This document shows positions 1-8,848 of a stretch of 64,000 nucleotides of DNA, piece after piece (position 1 is the stretch's first letter; the number at the start of each line of letters is the position of its first letter). A program made the translations under genes and the position numbers. The stretch is from a virus (taxonomy: Duplodnaviria; Heunggongvirae; Uroviricota; Caudoviricetes). Below the pieces are notes generated by a model, which saw nothing but the letters and a program-made list of their open reading frames with translations, was not told the DNA's origin and ran no database searches. The stretch lies in the IMG/VR virus record IMGVR_UViG_3300037488_002392; one strand, 5' to 3'.

Positions 1-10
1 GAAGCTAATT

Positions 11-3000
11 GTGGGATATAGTGCTGCTGCAACAGGCGAGAATGTTGATTGCAATTCACATTGCCAAACAGATTTTGATGATTTAAGATTTACTACAGCA
101 AACGAGACTACATTATTAGATTACTGGATAGAGCAATCACAAGCAGATGGGGCATCATATAATGCAACAGTATGGGTAGAGGTAGATTCAATCAGTTCAG
201 CTAACACAACAGTCATCTACATGTACTATGGTAATGCAGGAGCAGGTGCAGCAAGTAATGGGGCAAATACCTTTGGTGCAGGAATGTTTGATGATTTTGA
301 AGATTATGCTGATGAGGAAAATATAAGCAATAAGGGTAACATAACGTGGACACCTACTGAGGCAGGAGGAGGAACTATAAAAGTAGATACAGCCACTTTT
401 TATTCGGGTTCACGTTCTATGAGAATTACCAGAGCGACAGCAGATATAAATGTTGCGATGCCACTAATTGCGGGTACTAGCTATGCTATAAGATATTGGT
501 TTAAAAAGGATACTGCTGCCGCATCATATCTGTATCATGGTAATGGTACTAATCTTATATATTTTATAGTTAATCAAGGAGAGACTATTTCCTACTATGA
601 TAGTGCTTCTCATGCGACAGGGAGTAGTGTTAATAATGATTGGCAAGTTTTTGAACTTAATGATATAAACTATGCCACGCCTAAATTTGATATATGGTTC
701 CAGAACGAGAAAATAACAAATGATGCAGGAATGTTCGTATTTGGGGGCCTATCCAATGTACTTGCATTTTATGGTGTAGAAATTGCAGGGACTTCATGGA
801 TTGATGCTATGATAGTCCGCAAATGGACAGCCGATGAACCAACATGGGGTAGTTTTGGGGCAGAGGTAGGCTATTCATCGGAATTATTTCCTTCCACTAC
901 GACCAACAATGCCACCAACGTGCAGGATACCACAGCGACCTTTAACGCTACTACAACGGCAGGGTCATCACTTACGTTAAGGGGATTTGCATGGGGCACA
1001 ACTTCGAACACGACCACAATAACAGGTGAGGTTCCCCCCGCCTGTTACACTTCAAACTGGACAGAGAGTGGGGCATTCTCTTTGGGGAATTTTAGTTATA
1101 ACAAGACAGGATTAACAGCAGGGACTACGTATTATTATAGAGGATACTCATACAATGCTACTGGGTATGGATGGGGTAATGAGGTATCATTTTTAACTAA
1201 ACCAGCAGCCCCAACAAATGTGGCAGCTAGTAATGGTACGTCAACTGCTAATGTTACAGTTACGTGGACTGCGTCAACAGGTGCCACAAATTATTATGTG
1301 TTTAGAGACGCAGTGCAGATATCGGGGACATTGGGGGCGGTTACAACCTACAACGATACTACTGCTGCGCCACCCACAGTTGGTGGTGGGGTAGTTACAG
1401 CATCAGATGGTACGTATGTTAACTATGTTAACTTAAGTGTTGGGGGGGAGAGTTCCGCAAATGGCACAACTTATGCATATAGAGTTAGGGCAGGCAATGT
1501 TACGGGGAACAGTACGGATAGCAGCCCTGATGACGGATGGAGAGGGGCAGGTGCATTAAACTATCAATGGTTAAGAAGCTCCACGGATGCGGATGTTGTA
1601 GCGAATTATTCAACACTTGGGGTGGGTGCTATAACTGACCCTTATAACGATACTACTGCGCCCTCTGATGGGAGTGGGAGATATTTCAAAGCGGTCATAT
1701 CATCTCCTGATGCTGCCTCCGCCAATGCTACAGCAAATAGGGGGCATAGGTCACCAACGCCTACGGTTTCTACTACAGGGAGCACTGGATTGGGAGATAC
1801 GTGGGCAGTAGGTAGCGGGAACTTTACTGCCAATGTCCCTATAGTTGCAACACAATTGGGGGTTGATTACGGACTAACCAATGCATATGGCAATAGTTAT
1901 GTTACGTCTGGGGTATATAGCGCAGGGGCGTTCAGTATTTATATATCAGCGTTATCATCAGGAACAGTCTACCATTACCGTGCTAAAGCGTTGGTAGAAG
2001 GTGTTTGGTATTATGGCGGGGATAGTGTGTTTTCTACTATAGGTGCGGCTACACCATTTGTGTCGTGGGGAGTAGGAGGAGGGCCTGATTCTGGTTATAT
2101 TAACTCATCTAACATAACCTACCAAACCTTTACTACGAACGAAACTGCTACCCCCTATTCAGTTACAAAAATAAATTTAATGCTTAGAAGAGTTGGGTTA
2201 CCTGGGATAGTCACTGCCAGTGTTAGGGCGACTACCTTACCCCCCACTACATTGATGTCAGGGAATACGACTACCACAAGCAATGCAACAGGTTTTGTGT
2301 GGGGGACTACATCGAATGCTACCTATACGGGGAATATATCCCCTCCTGCTACCTATACCTCAAATTACACGGCGTATAGCACCAATCTGGCAGCGGGCGC
2401 ATTCACCTACGGTGCTTCATTGGTTCCGAGTCAATTATATTATTATAGGGGAGATTCCTATAATACTACAGGGTGGTATTATAGTGCCAACAATACTGCC
2501 ATATATGGTACTCCCCCATATCCAGTTGGGGTGGATATCCTATCTGGGACATTAGATGGGGCAACATTAGGGTTAGGATATTCGTGGTATACATTTACTA
2601 TGGCTACAGAAACCTGCCTTACCCCCAATACTGTGTACGCCATAGTATTACAATGTGCAGATGCTGATATATCTAACTATGTTCTATGGCAAGCGCAAGC
2701 GGTGGGCGCATATGCAGGAGGAAATTCAGGGCATTCGGTTGATAGTGGGACAACATGGACGCATGACTTACCCAAAGACCAGTTGTTTGAAGTATGGGGG
2801 AATCCGTGTTTCACTTTATCAGATGCTAAAGTATTCTCGTCTTATATAAATACAGGAGATTGGCTAATTACATGCCTTTATAAGAATCTTTACCCGCCTT
2901 ATTATGCTCAAGCTAAAGATGTTTCGTCATTGTTTGTAATACAATTGTATAATCCTGCTACCGCTACGGTTATTGCACAGACGAAATGCTTTGAGTGGGG

Positions 3001-3673
3001 ATACAAGCCTGGGGCTATCTATATTGCCCCATCTGGGACAACCCATTTACAATGGGGTTATCCTTATAGGGTTCGTTTATATGGATTGTTTTCAGGTAAC
3101 CCATATACTGAATATGTACTACAACCCACGGATTATTTAGGGTCTGACCTAACCCGATTAGATGCATGGGTAAGGTCTTGTGCTTCTTTGATGGAGACGT
3201 ATTATGGGACTTCGTTAACTACCTATCTAACAGGTAGGGGTATAGTGTTGAATTCAGCAGGTGGGGTTATATTTGCCACAGATATCCCTCAATTGTCAGT
3301 AATAAGACCAAATCTGTTCTCAATCGTTAGTGCTACAACTACTCCAACAACAGGGGAATATGGCCAGTTATACCAAGATATTCTCAGGTGGGAAGTGCTG
3401 TTAGGGCCTCAACTAACAAGAGCATTTACCTCAACAGGTAATACTGTTGGTGTCAGCGGGGCAACCATAGGCTCTTGGTTGGGGTTCTTGATTTATGCTC
3501 TAGTAGCATTGTTCTGCTTCAGACCAGGACATGCAATTGCAGCTATGGTCATTCCTGTGCCTCTTCTATTGATAGCCTTTGGGACGGGGTTAGCTGAGTT
3601 AGCATTAATGGGAATCCTTATAGCGGTTGCGATAGTCCTATTTTCCTGGCAAGTATGGTTCAAGGGAGGATGA
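11..3673 (+). CDS. Surface/structural protein, 5'-truncated, with repeated FN3-like beta-sandwich modules and a C-terminal transmembrane anchor. It is extremely rich in N-x-S/T.
   Basis: The ORF is open from the window edge. A repeated module (LRGFAWGTTSNTT...PPA.YTS...GTTYYYRG...G.EVSF) occurs at least 3 times. The hydrophobic C-terminus (LIYALVALFCF...ILIAVAIVLF) is a predicted TM helix. Confidence 0.75.
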   Translation: MGYSAAATGENVDCNSHCQTDFDDLRFTTANETTLLDYWIEQSQADGASYNATVWVEVDSISSANTTVIYMYYGNAGAGAASNGANTFGAGMFDDFEDYADEENISNKGNITWTPTEAGGGTIKVDTATFYSGSRSMRITRATADINVAMPLIAGTSYAIRYWFKKDTAAASYLYHGNGTNLIYFIVNQGETISYYDSASHATGSSVNNDWQVFELNDINYATPKFDIWFQNEKITNDAGMFVFGGLSNVLAFYGVEIAGTSWIDAMIVRKWTADEPTWGSFGAEVGYSSELFPSTTTNNATNVQDTTATFNATTTAGSSLTLRGFAWGTTSNTTTITGEVPPACYTSNWTESGAFSLGNFSYNKTGLTAGTTYYYRGYSYNATGYGWGNEVSFLTKPAAPTNVAASNGTSTANVTVTWTASTGATNYYVFRDAVQISGTLGAVTTYNDTTAAPPTVGGGVVTASDGTYVNYVNLSVGGESSANGTTYAYRVRAGNVTGNSTDSSPDDGWRGAGALNYQWLRSSTDADVVANYSTLGVGAITDPYNDTTAPSDGSGRYFKAVISSPDAASANATANRGHRSPTPTVSTTGSTGLGDTWAVGSGNFTANVPIVATQLGVDYGLTNAYGNSYVTSGVYSAGAFSIYISALSSGTVYHYRAKALVEGVWYYGGDSVFSTIGAATPFVSWGVGGGPDSGYINSSNITYQTFTTNETATPYSVTKINLMLRRVGLPGIVTASVRATTLPPTTLMSGNTTTTSNATGFVWGTTSNATYTGNISPPATYTSNYTAYSTNLAAGAFTYGASLVPSQLYYYRGDSYNTTGWYYSANNTAIYGTPPYPVGVDILSGTLDGATLGLGYSWYTFTMATETCLTPNTVYAIVLQCADADISNYVLWQAQAVGAYAGGNSGHSVDSGTTWTHDLPKDQLFEVWGNPCFTLSDAKVFSSYINTGDWLITCLYKNLYPPYYAQAKDVSSLFVIQLYNPATATVIAQTKCFEWGYKPGAIYIAPSGTTHLQWGYPYRVRLYGLFSGNPYTEYVLQPTDYLGSDLTRLDAWVRSCASLMETYYGTSLTTYLTGRGIVLNSAGGVIFATDIPQLSVIRPNLFSIVSATTTPTTGEYGQLYQDILRWEVLLGPQLTRAFTSTGNTVGVSGATIGSWLGFLIYALVALFCFRPGHAIAAMVIPVPLLLIAFGTGLAELALMGILIAVAIVLFSWQVWFKGG

Positions 3674-3677
3674 GCGT

Positions 3678-5465
3678 ATGCGATATATGAAATATGTTAC
3701 TAATTTCACCATTTTGTTGATAGTATTACTGTCAATGATGCCTTATGAGGTAGAGGCTGCTACAGTTAGCCTTGCCGTTATTGGGGATGGAGTTGATGTA
3801 GGCGGGGCATATAACGGTAGTACATGGGCAGGGATGAATCTAGACGATGACGATGTTACTTATAAAAGCAATGGGGCATGGAGTTCGTGGGAATTCACCC
3901 ATACTGCCGTTACCCCGATACAATCTGTAGCATTATATTATAAGATAAGGAATATAGCTCCCGCCCCGTTAACAGCACGGGGATATACTAAAATAGGCGG
4001 TATGCCTTATTATGGTAGTGACCACAGTGTAATCAGCGGGACTTATGAACTGAAGAATGATGTGTGGGCGGTAAACCCTGCTACTGGGGTTGCCTGGACA
4101 GCAGCGGATGTAAATAATGCCCAATTTGGTGTAGGGTCTCTTGCTGATGAATGGAGATGCTCTTATATTTATTTAGTAGTTACCTATACTACAGATACTC
4201 CAACTGTAACCACTTCGGCGGCGACATTGTTGACCTATGTGGGTGCAACCTACGGGGTTACGTTAAACGGAGCAGTAACTGTTGTAGGTTCATCAGCTAT
4301 TGATTTAAGGGGTTTTGCGTGGTCTACAACATCAAATACAACTGCTCCAGGAAACATAGTTCCTCCCGCAACATATGCGGTAAGTTGGACAGAGGGGGCG
4401 TATAATGTTGCTACATATTCACATATTGCCACAGGGCTAATTATAGGCACAACATATTATTACCGTGCCTGTGCTCATAACACACAGGGTTGGGCGTGGG
4501 GTGATGAGGTGTCGTTTACTTCGTTGGGCAATCCTGTTATTGCCAGACTGGATGCGACCAATGTTTCTTATAGCACGGCGAGGTTGAATGCAAGGGTCAC
4601 GGATAGTGGGGGGCAATTAGCTGGGGTAAGATTTGTTTACGGGCTTGTTCCTGGGTTTGTGTTTGCTGATTATGCGAGGAATACTCCTTTGGTGGATAAT
4701 ACTTATACTACAGGGGACACTCCGTATGCTGATATAACAGGACTGACAGGGAACACCACGTATTACTATAGGGCACAGATAGTTAATGATGTGTCTACTC
4801 AGCTAAGTTCGGAGGGCAGTTTCATCACAGAGTTAGGGGTTACTGCTCCGTCAAGTTTAACAGGCACTCCTTCTGCCACATCTATATCGTTAGCATGGGT
4901 AAAGGGGGCAGGGTCAAACAGGACATTAATAAGGTATAAGATAGGGGCATATCCTACAGCAACTACGGACGGCACACAAACTTATCTTGATACTGAGACA
5001 TCTAAAGTGGTAACAGGGTTGTCAATTGGTGTCACATATTATTTTATGGCGTGGGGAGAAACTGCGGGGGCATATTCTTCCAGCAATACAACTGTGATGG
5101 TCACTACGTTGGCGGGTAACCCTGCTGCGACTAACCTCCCTGCCCCTGCAACTCCAAATAATTGGTTCCAAGCACCAGATTATACTAATATGGTTAATAC
5201 CCCATTCTACACGATAGTAAATTTTGCTGCGGATGCTTTTGAGATGCCAAAAGGTACGTTGTGGTATATGTGTGCATTATTCTTCTGCGTAGCAGTGGGG
5301 GTGTTTTTCTACTCTACAGTGGGGAATGCGAACCTATTCTTATCGGTTTGTGCCGTGGGTGCTATGATGTTAGTATGTTCAGCGATAAAACTGGTTCCAA
5401 TGTGGCAGATAATTCCCTTTGGGGTATTTGCGGCGGTGGGTATATTTGTGGGAGAAAGACGATGA
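3678..5465 (+). CDS. Secreted, membrane-anchored FN3-repeat protein, a paralog of the upstream gene.
   Basis: A GGAGGA SD sits 7 nt upstream. The N-terminal signal peptide is MRYMKYVTNFTILLIVLLSMMPYEVEA. The same LRGFAWSTTSNTT...TTYYYRA...EVSFTS module is present. The C-terminus has 2-3 hydrophobic helices. Confidence 0.75.
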   Translation: MRYMKYVTNFTILLIVLLSMMPYEVEAATVSLAVIGDGVDVGGAYNGSTWAGMNLDDDDVTYKSNGAWSSWEFTHTAVTPIQSVALYYKIRNIAPAPLTARGYTKIGGMPYYGSDHSVISGTYELKNDVWAVNPATGVAWTAADVNNAQFGVGSLADEWRCSYIYLVVTYTTDTPTVTTSAATLLTYVGATYGVTLNGAVTVVGSSAIDLRGFAWSTTSNTTAPGNIVPPATYAVSWTEGAYNVATYSHIATGLIIGTTYYYRACAHNTQGWAWGDEVSFTSLGNPVIARLDATNVSYSTARLNARVTDSGGQLAGVRFVYGLVPGFVFADYARNTPLVDNTYTTGDTPYADITGLTGNTTYYYRAQIVNDVSTQLSSEGSFITELGVTAPSSLTGTPSATSISLAWVKGAGSNRTLIRYKIGAYPTATTDGTQTYLDTETSKVVTGLSIGVTYYFMAWGETAGAYSSSNTTVMVTTLAGNPAATNLPAPATPNNWFQAPDYTNMVNTPFYTIVNFAADAFEMPKGTLWYMCALFFCVAVGVFFYSTVGNANLFLSVCAVGAMMLVCSAIKLVPMWQIIPFGVFAAVGIFVGERR

Positions 5466-6493
5466 TTAAGTGTGAGATTTGTGGGAAAGGAATGGCGGCG
5501 GTTAATTGGTTGCATTTACGTACACATGGAGTAGATGTGGACGAGTATAGAATCTTGTATCCTAATAGTATTATAGTTAGCGAAGAGGCTAGGAGCAAAC
5601 ATTCTGATTCAATGTGTGAGCAATATGCGAATGGTGGGCGAGTTAGTGGTTTGATTAAATATATGAAGGAGCATGGTGAAGAACATAGAGAGTATATGTC
5701 AGGCGTTATAAAAGAGCAATATGCCTCAGGTAAAAGAGACAGGGGTATTGGTCGCAAAGTGAATTGGTCAGAGAAGGGCATGGAGTCCTTGAAGGTTCAA
5801 GGTAAACGATTAGGTCAATCTAATGTTGGTAGGAAACATAGTAAGGAATCTACTGAGAGACGGGCCGCTAAAATACGTGGTAAGTCTTATGAAGAGATGA
5901 TGGGTAAAGAAAAAGCAGATGCCTTGAAAGAGGATAGGAAGAGATGCTTTAATTGGATAGATGAACGTGGTCTACGCAAAGAGACTGCAACTCGTGGTTC
6001 AAGAGCACATAGGGGGTTAATGGACACAAACCCTGAATATAAAGAGAAATACCTCAAAAACCTTGGAGAATCCCATAAGGAAAGATGGACGGAGGCAACC
6101 AAGGAAGTGCGTACTAGTTGGGTATCTAACTGGATAAAAGCAGCGGGCATGAAACCCAATAATATAGAATTATATATCAAAGAGTTTTTAGACTTTACCT
6201 ATCCCAATGATTGGAAATATGTAGGTGATGGAAGTGTGGTATTAAACGGATTCAACCCAGATTTTATTAATGCAAATGGTAAGAAGCAAATTATTGAAAT
6301 CTTTGGGGATTATTGGCATTCCGAGAGGGTTAAGCATAGGACGAAAGTTGAGGAAGAGGAGTTGAGGTGTAGCAGATATGCAGAGTATGGGTATAGGACT
6401 CTTATTATTTGGGAGAATGAGGTGAAGAATAATATACAAAATGTAATGAAAAGAATCAATGTCTTTTGTGAGGAGGAAACAAAAATTGGGTAG
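5462..6493 (+). CDS. Homing-endonuclease-like protein with NUMOD3 repeats and a C-terminal Vsr/EDxHD-like (PD-(D/E)xK superfamily) nuclease domain.
   Basis: ATGA overlap with the upstream stop. Repeated G(R/Q)KHS.E.T-type NUMOD3 motifs. The C-terminal motifs EIFGDYWH and YGYRTLIIWENE resemble Vsr (FVDGCFWH / VIWECE). Paralogous to 28978..29865 and 60419..62011. Confidence 0.6.
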   Translation: MIKCEICGKGMAAVNWLHLRTHGVDVDEYRILYPNSIIVSEEARSKHSDSMCEQYANGGRVSGLIKYMKEHGEEHREYMSGVIKEQYASGKRDRGIGRKVNWSEKGMESLKVQGKRLGQSNVGRKHSKESTERRAAKIRGKSYEEMMGKEKADALKEDRKRCFNWIDERGLRKETATRGSRAHRGLMDTNPEYKEKYLKNLGESHKERWTEATKEVRTSWVSNWIKAAGMKPNNIELYIKEFLDFTYPNDWKYVGDGSVVLNGFNPDFINANGKKQIIEIFGDYWHSERVKHRTKVEEEELRCSRYAEYGYRTLIIWENEVKNNIQNVMKRINVFCEEETKIG

Positions 6494-6923
6494 CCCTAGA
6501 TGGTTGGTTGGGACAGTTCTTATCTGGTTATTGCTTACAATAGTAGGTAATATAATCGAGTATGCTGATGTGCTTACGGCAACGCAGGTAGCGGAAATAC
6601 AGAGTATGACAAATGTGAACGTAGCTGAGGCTGCTGACCCCACAGTTGGTGGGGTATTAACGTATGGTGGTGCGCCAAAGAACGTAATAGACGCTGTCAT
6701 CAAAGCAATAATGATGGATTTTACTTGGTTATACACTATAGATAAGACAAAAAACCAAGCGGAGTGCGCATTGGTGATTGGGTCGAAGTGGAGGGCATCT
6801 ATCCCTGCTTGCCAGATTCCCAATCAGTATTATTGGATATGGGCGTTATTATGGTGGCCTATTATGATTGGTATATTATTTGAGCTAGTTATTATGTTAG
6901 CGAGGTTGATAAGAGGTGTTTAA
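6459..6923 (+). CDS. Small membrane protein. The start is uncertain; an in-frame TTG at 6486 is possible.
   Basis: Long ORF with hydrophobic segments at the N- and C-termini. A GAGGAGG SD lies before the TTG at 6486. Confidence 0.5.
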   Translation: MSFVRRKQKLGSPRWLVGTVLIWLLLTIVGNIIEYADVLTATQVAEIQSMTNVNVAEAADPTVGGVLTYGGAPKNVIDAVIKAIMMDFTWLYTIDKTKNQAECALVIGSKWRASIPACQIPNQYYWIWALLWWPIMIGILFELVIMLARLIRGV

Positions 6924-7233
6924 AAGAATAGAGTTTTTATTTTGGATGCTGGTGGCATTGTTCATCCTTATTCCAATCCTAAATATGGTTGTTCAGAATT
7001 GGGTAAAGGACGGTGGAGCGTTAGACCAAACCTTTAATGCTTCTGATGTCAGTACGTGGAATGTTACGGGAGAAATAGTCACTGCAAATCAAACGGCGGC
7101 TATTGGTTTAACTCCACTAGAAAGGGCAGTTACACAGATGTATGTGCCTGCCTTTATCATATTCTTTGCGGTTATTACTCTCTATGTTTTGAGTAAAGGC
7201 GGTAACAATGGTGGGGGAGGGGCGTATAATTAG
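6916..7233 (+). CDS. Small membrane protein with a Gly-rich C-terminus.
   Basis: ORF with an N-terminal TM helix (FLFWMLVALFILIPIL) and a second TM near the C-terminus. The start codon is uncertain. Confidence 0.45.
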   Translation: MFKRIEFLFWMLVALFILIPILNMVVQNWVKDGGALDQTFNASDVSTWNVTGEIVTANQTAAIGLTPLERAVTQMYVPAFIIFFAVITLYVLSKGGNNGGGGAYN

Positions 7234-7290
7234 CTAAAATAGTTGATTATAATGATGAACTATGCTATAAAGATTGTATAGGAGTTTATT

Positions 7291-8250
7291 GTGGCTGATA
7301 TAAATAAAGACTCATACATAGCATCAAATGCAGTTCCTCCTATTAATGTGGAGCCATATAAAGATGGAAATCTCTGGGCACGGGATGGTCAGACGGTATG
7401 GGATGATAAAAAGAAGATGTGGGGGCAAACTAAATATATATACAAACCTGAAGTCATCCCTAATACAAAAGACCCCTATATAGTAACTGATGAGAGTGAG
7501 CCTTATGATAGTGGTGGTGGTATATGGAAACAAAGGGGGGTGACTTATTGGGATAGTGCCAAAAACATGTGGGTAACTGGTGACTATACATACCATCCTG
7601 AGATTACTGTCGCTGCAGATAAGGAAGCATATATAAAGAGACATAATGTAGGAGTGGCACAGAACAAAGCGGAAGAGTTAAGGGTCTTCAATGAGGGGCA
7701 ACTTAGAATGGCTATTTATCAAGGGATAAGGAATCGGAATACTGAGGCTGGAGTGTATGGGAATGAACAGGCATCATCGGTACCGTATACTTACCAAGAA
7801 TTTATTCCATCTCCTGCCGCAGCCCCTCTATCCCCTGATGCCATTAAGGAATGGGAAGATGCAAGATGGCGATGGGAAGCAGAAAACAGGGGGATTACAG
7901 AAAGAGTAGCAGATAGACCTGCATATTGGGAAGAGAAGACGGAATACATAAGTGCTGATGCTAAACCAGAGTGGGATATAAATATACCAAAGTGGGAAGA
8001 AGAGGTTGAATATATAAGTGCTGAAGACAAGCCAGAGTGGGAACAATATCGTACTCCGCCGTGGATAGAAAGGAGGAAAGAGGCTGAACAAAAAGCCATT
8101 GTTGCACCAATGCCGCAAGGGGACAAGTTGAGAATAAAGGATAGCCAGAGGGTTTCCCCAAGGCGTGATAATGTAATACAACGAGCTAAGTTAACTGCTG
8201 CCGTCAGTAAGGACAATATGACTCAAAGGACAGGTAGGGTATTAAGGTGA
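7291..8250 (+). CDS. Hypothetical protein with tandem KPEW(D/E) repeats and a C-terminal IVAPMPQG motif.
   Basis: GTG start with a TAGGAG SD. A sigma70-like promoter lies upstream. Repeated EYISA.DKPEWD segments. Shares the N-terminal G.W.RDG.T.WD...K.W motif with 32546..33112. Confidence 0.65.
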   Translation: MADINKDSYIASNAVPPINVEPYKDGNLWARDGQTVWDDKKKMWGQTKYIYKPEVIPNTKDPYIVTDESEPYDSGGGIWKQRGVTYWDSAKNMWVTGDYTYHPEITVAADKEAYIKRHNVGVAQNKAEELRVFNEGQLRMAIYQGIRNRNTEAGVYGNEQASSVPYTYQEFIPSPAAAPLSPDAIKEWEDARWRWEAENRGITERVADRPAYWEEKTEYISADAKPEWDINIPKWEEEVEYISAEDKPEWEQYRTPPWIERRKEAEQKAIVAPMPQGDKLRIKDSQRVSPRRDNVIQRAKLTAAVSKDNMTQRTGRVLR

Positions 8251-8834
8251 TACAAACACAGGACGTAAAACCAATGTTAGGGGGAATAAATTCTCCAGGC
8301 ACATTAGTAGGATTTTTACAGGCATTCGCAGCGAGTGCTGAAATAACAACATGGGTAGATAAGGTTAGTTATAAATATGTTGCTGACCAATATGTCAATA
8401 AGGATAGCATTTGCTCATCTACATTCCAATCAAGTGGTTCATTTTTAACAAATAGGTCTGGTTCATGTTATGACCTTGCAATGTTCTCAGCCAATATACT
8501 CAGGTTACTTGGTTATGAATGTGATATGCTGAACTTTGGTTGGATATCAGATATCAAGACAGTCCATGCTGCGTGTAGGTTTTGGCACAATGATGAATGG
8601 TATATTGTTCACGGGTTTTTAAATGGCAGGATAACCTCTATAGAGGGTTCTTTCTTCTCAATAAAAGACTTTATTGAGAAGTTTGCTGTAATGGAGAAGG
8701 AAGAAACTGGCAAAGATATTAAGATGATATTCATCGATAGTTTCGGGTTTGAAAAATTTGGCGAGCCAACTTCATTAACAAGGCTTTATCCTTCTAAGCA
8801 AGAAACAGTTAAATTAGGATATTGGGAACTTTAA
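8247..8834 (+). CDS. Transglutaminase-like (papain-fold) cysteine peptidase domain protein.
   Basis: GSCYDLAMFSANILRLLGYEC matches the Cys motif of transglutaminase-like proteases (G.C..fA..f..llR..GIP.R). The downstream HAACRFWHNDEWYIVHG matches the His motif (H.W.E.y). Confidence 0.5.
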   Translation: MIQTQDVKPMLGGINSPGTLVGFLQAFAASAEITTWVDKVSYKYVADQYVNKDSICSSTFQSSGSFLTNRSGSCYDLAMFSANILRLLGYECDMLNFGWISDIKTVHAACRFWHNDEWYIVHGFLNGRITSIEGSFFSIKDFIEKFAVMEKEETGKDIKMIFIDSFGFEKFGEPTSLTRLYPSKQETVKLGYWEL

Positions 8835-8848
8835 ATTAAAGGGATACT

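Noticed and set aside
11-3673. Assigning the element to an archaeal virus because of the N-glycosylation sequon density.
   Set aside because: Three intergenic regions carry textbook bacterial sigma70 -35/-10 hexamers with 17-nt spacing, and there are no obvious BRE/TATA boxes. The sequon richness may be a by-product of N/T/S-rich composition. The host domain is left open and bacterial is favoured.
1642-5781. Short ORFs 1642..1833(-), 2283..2555, 2655..2849, 4250..4450(-), 5309..5515(-) and 5362..5781(-) inside the FN3 and endonuclease genes.
   Set aside because: They are embedded in longer, better-supported genes, lack ribosome-binding sites and are translated from repeat-rich DNA.
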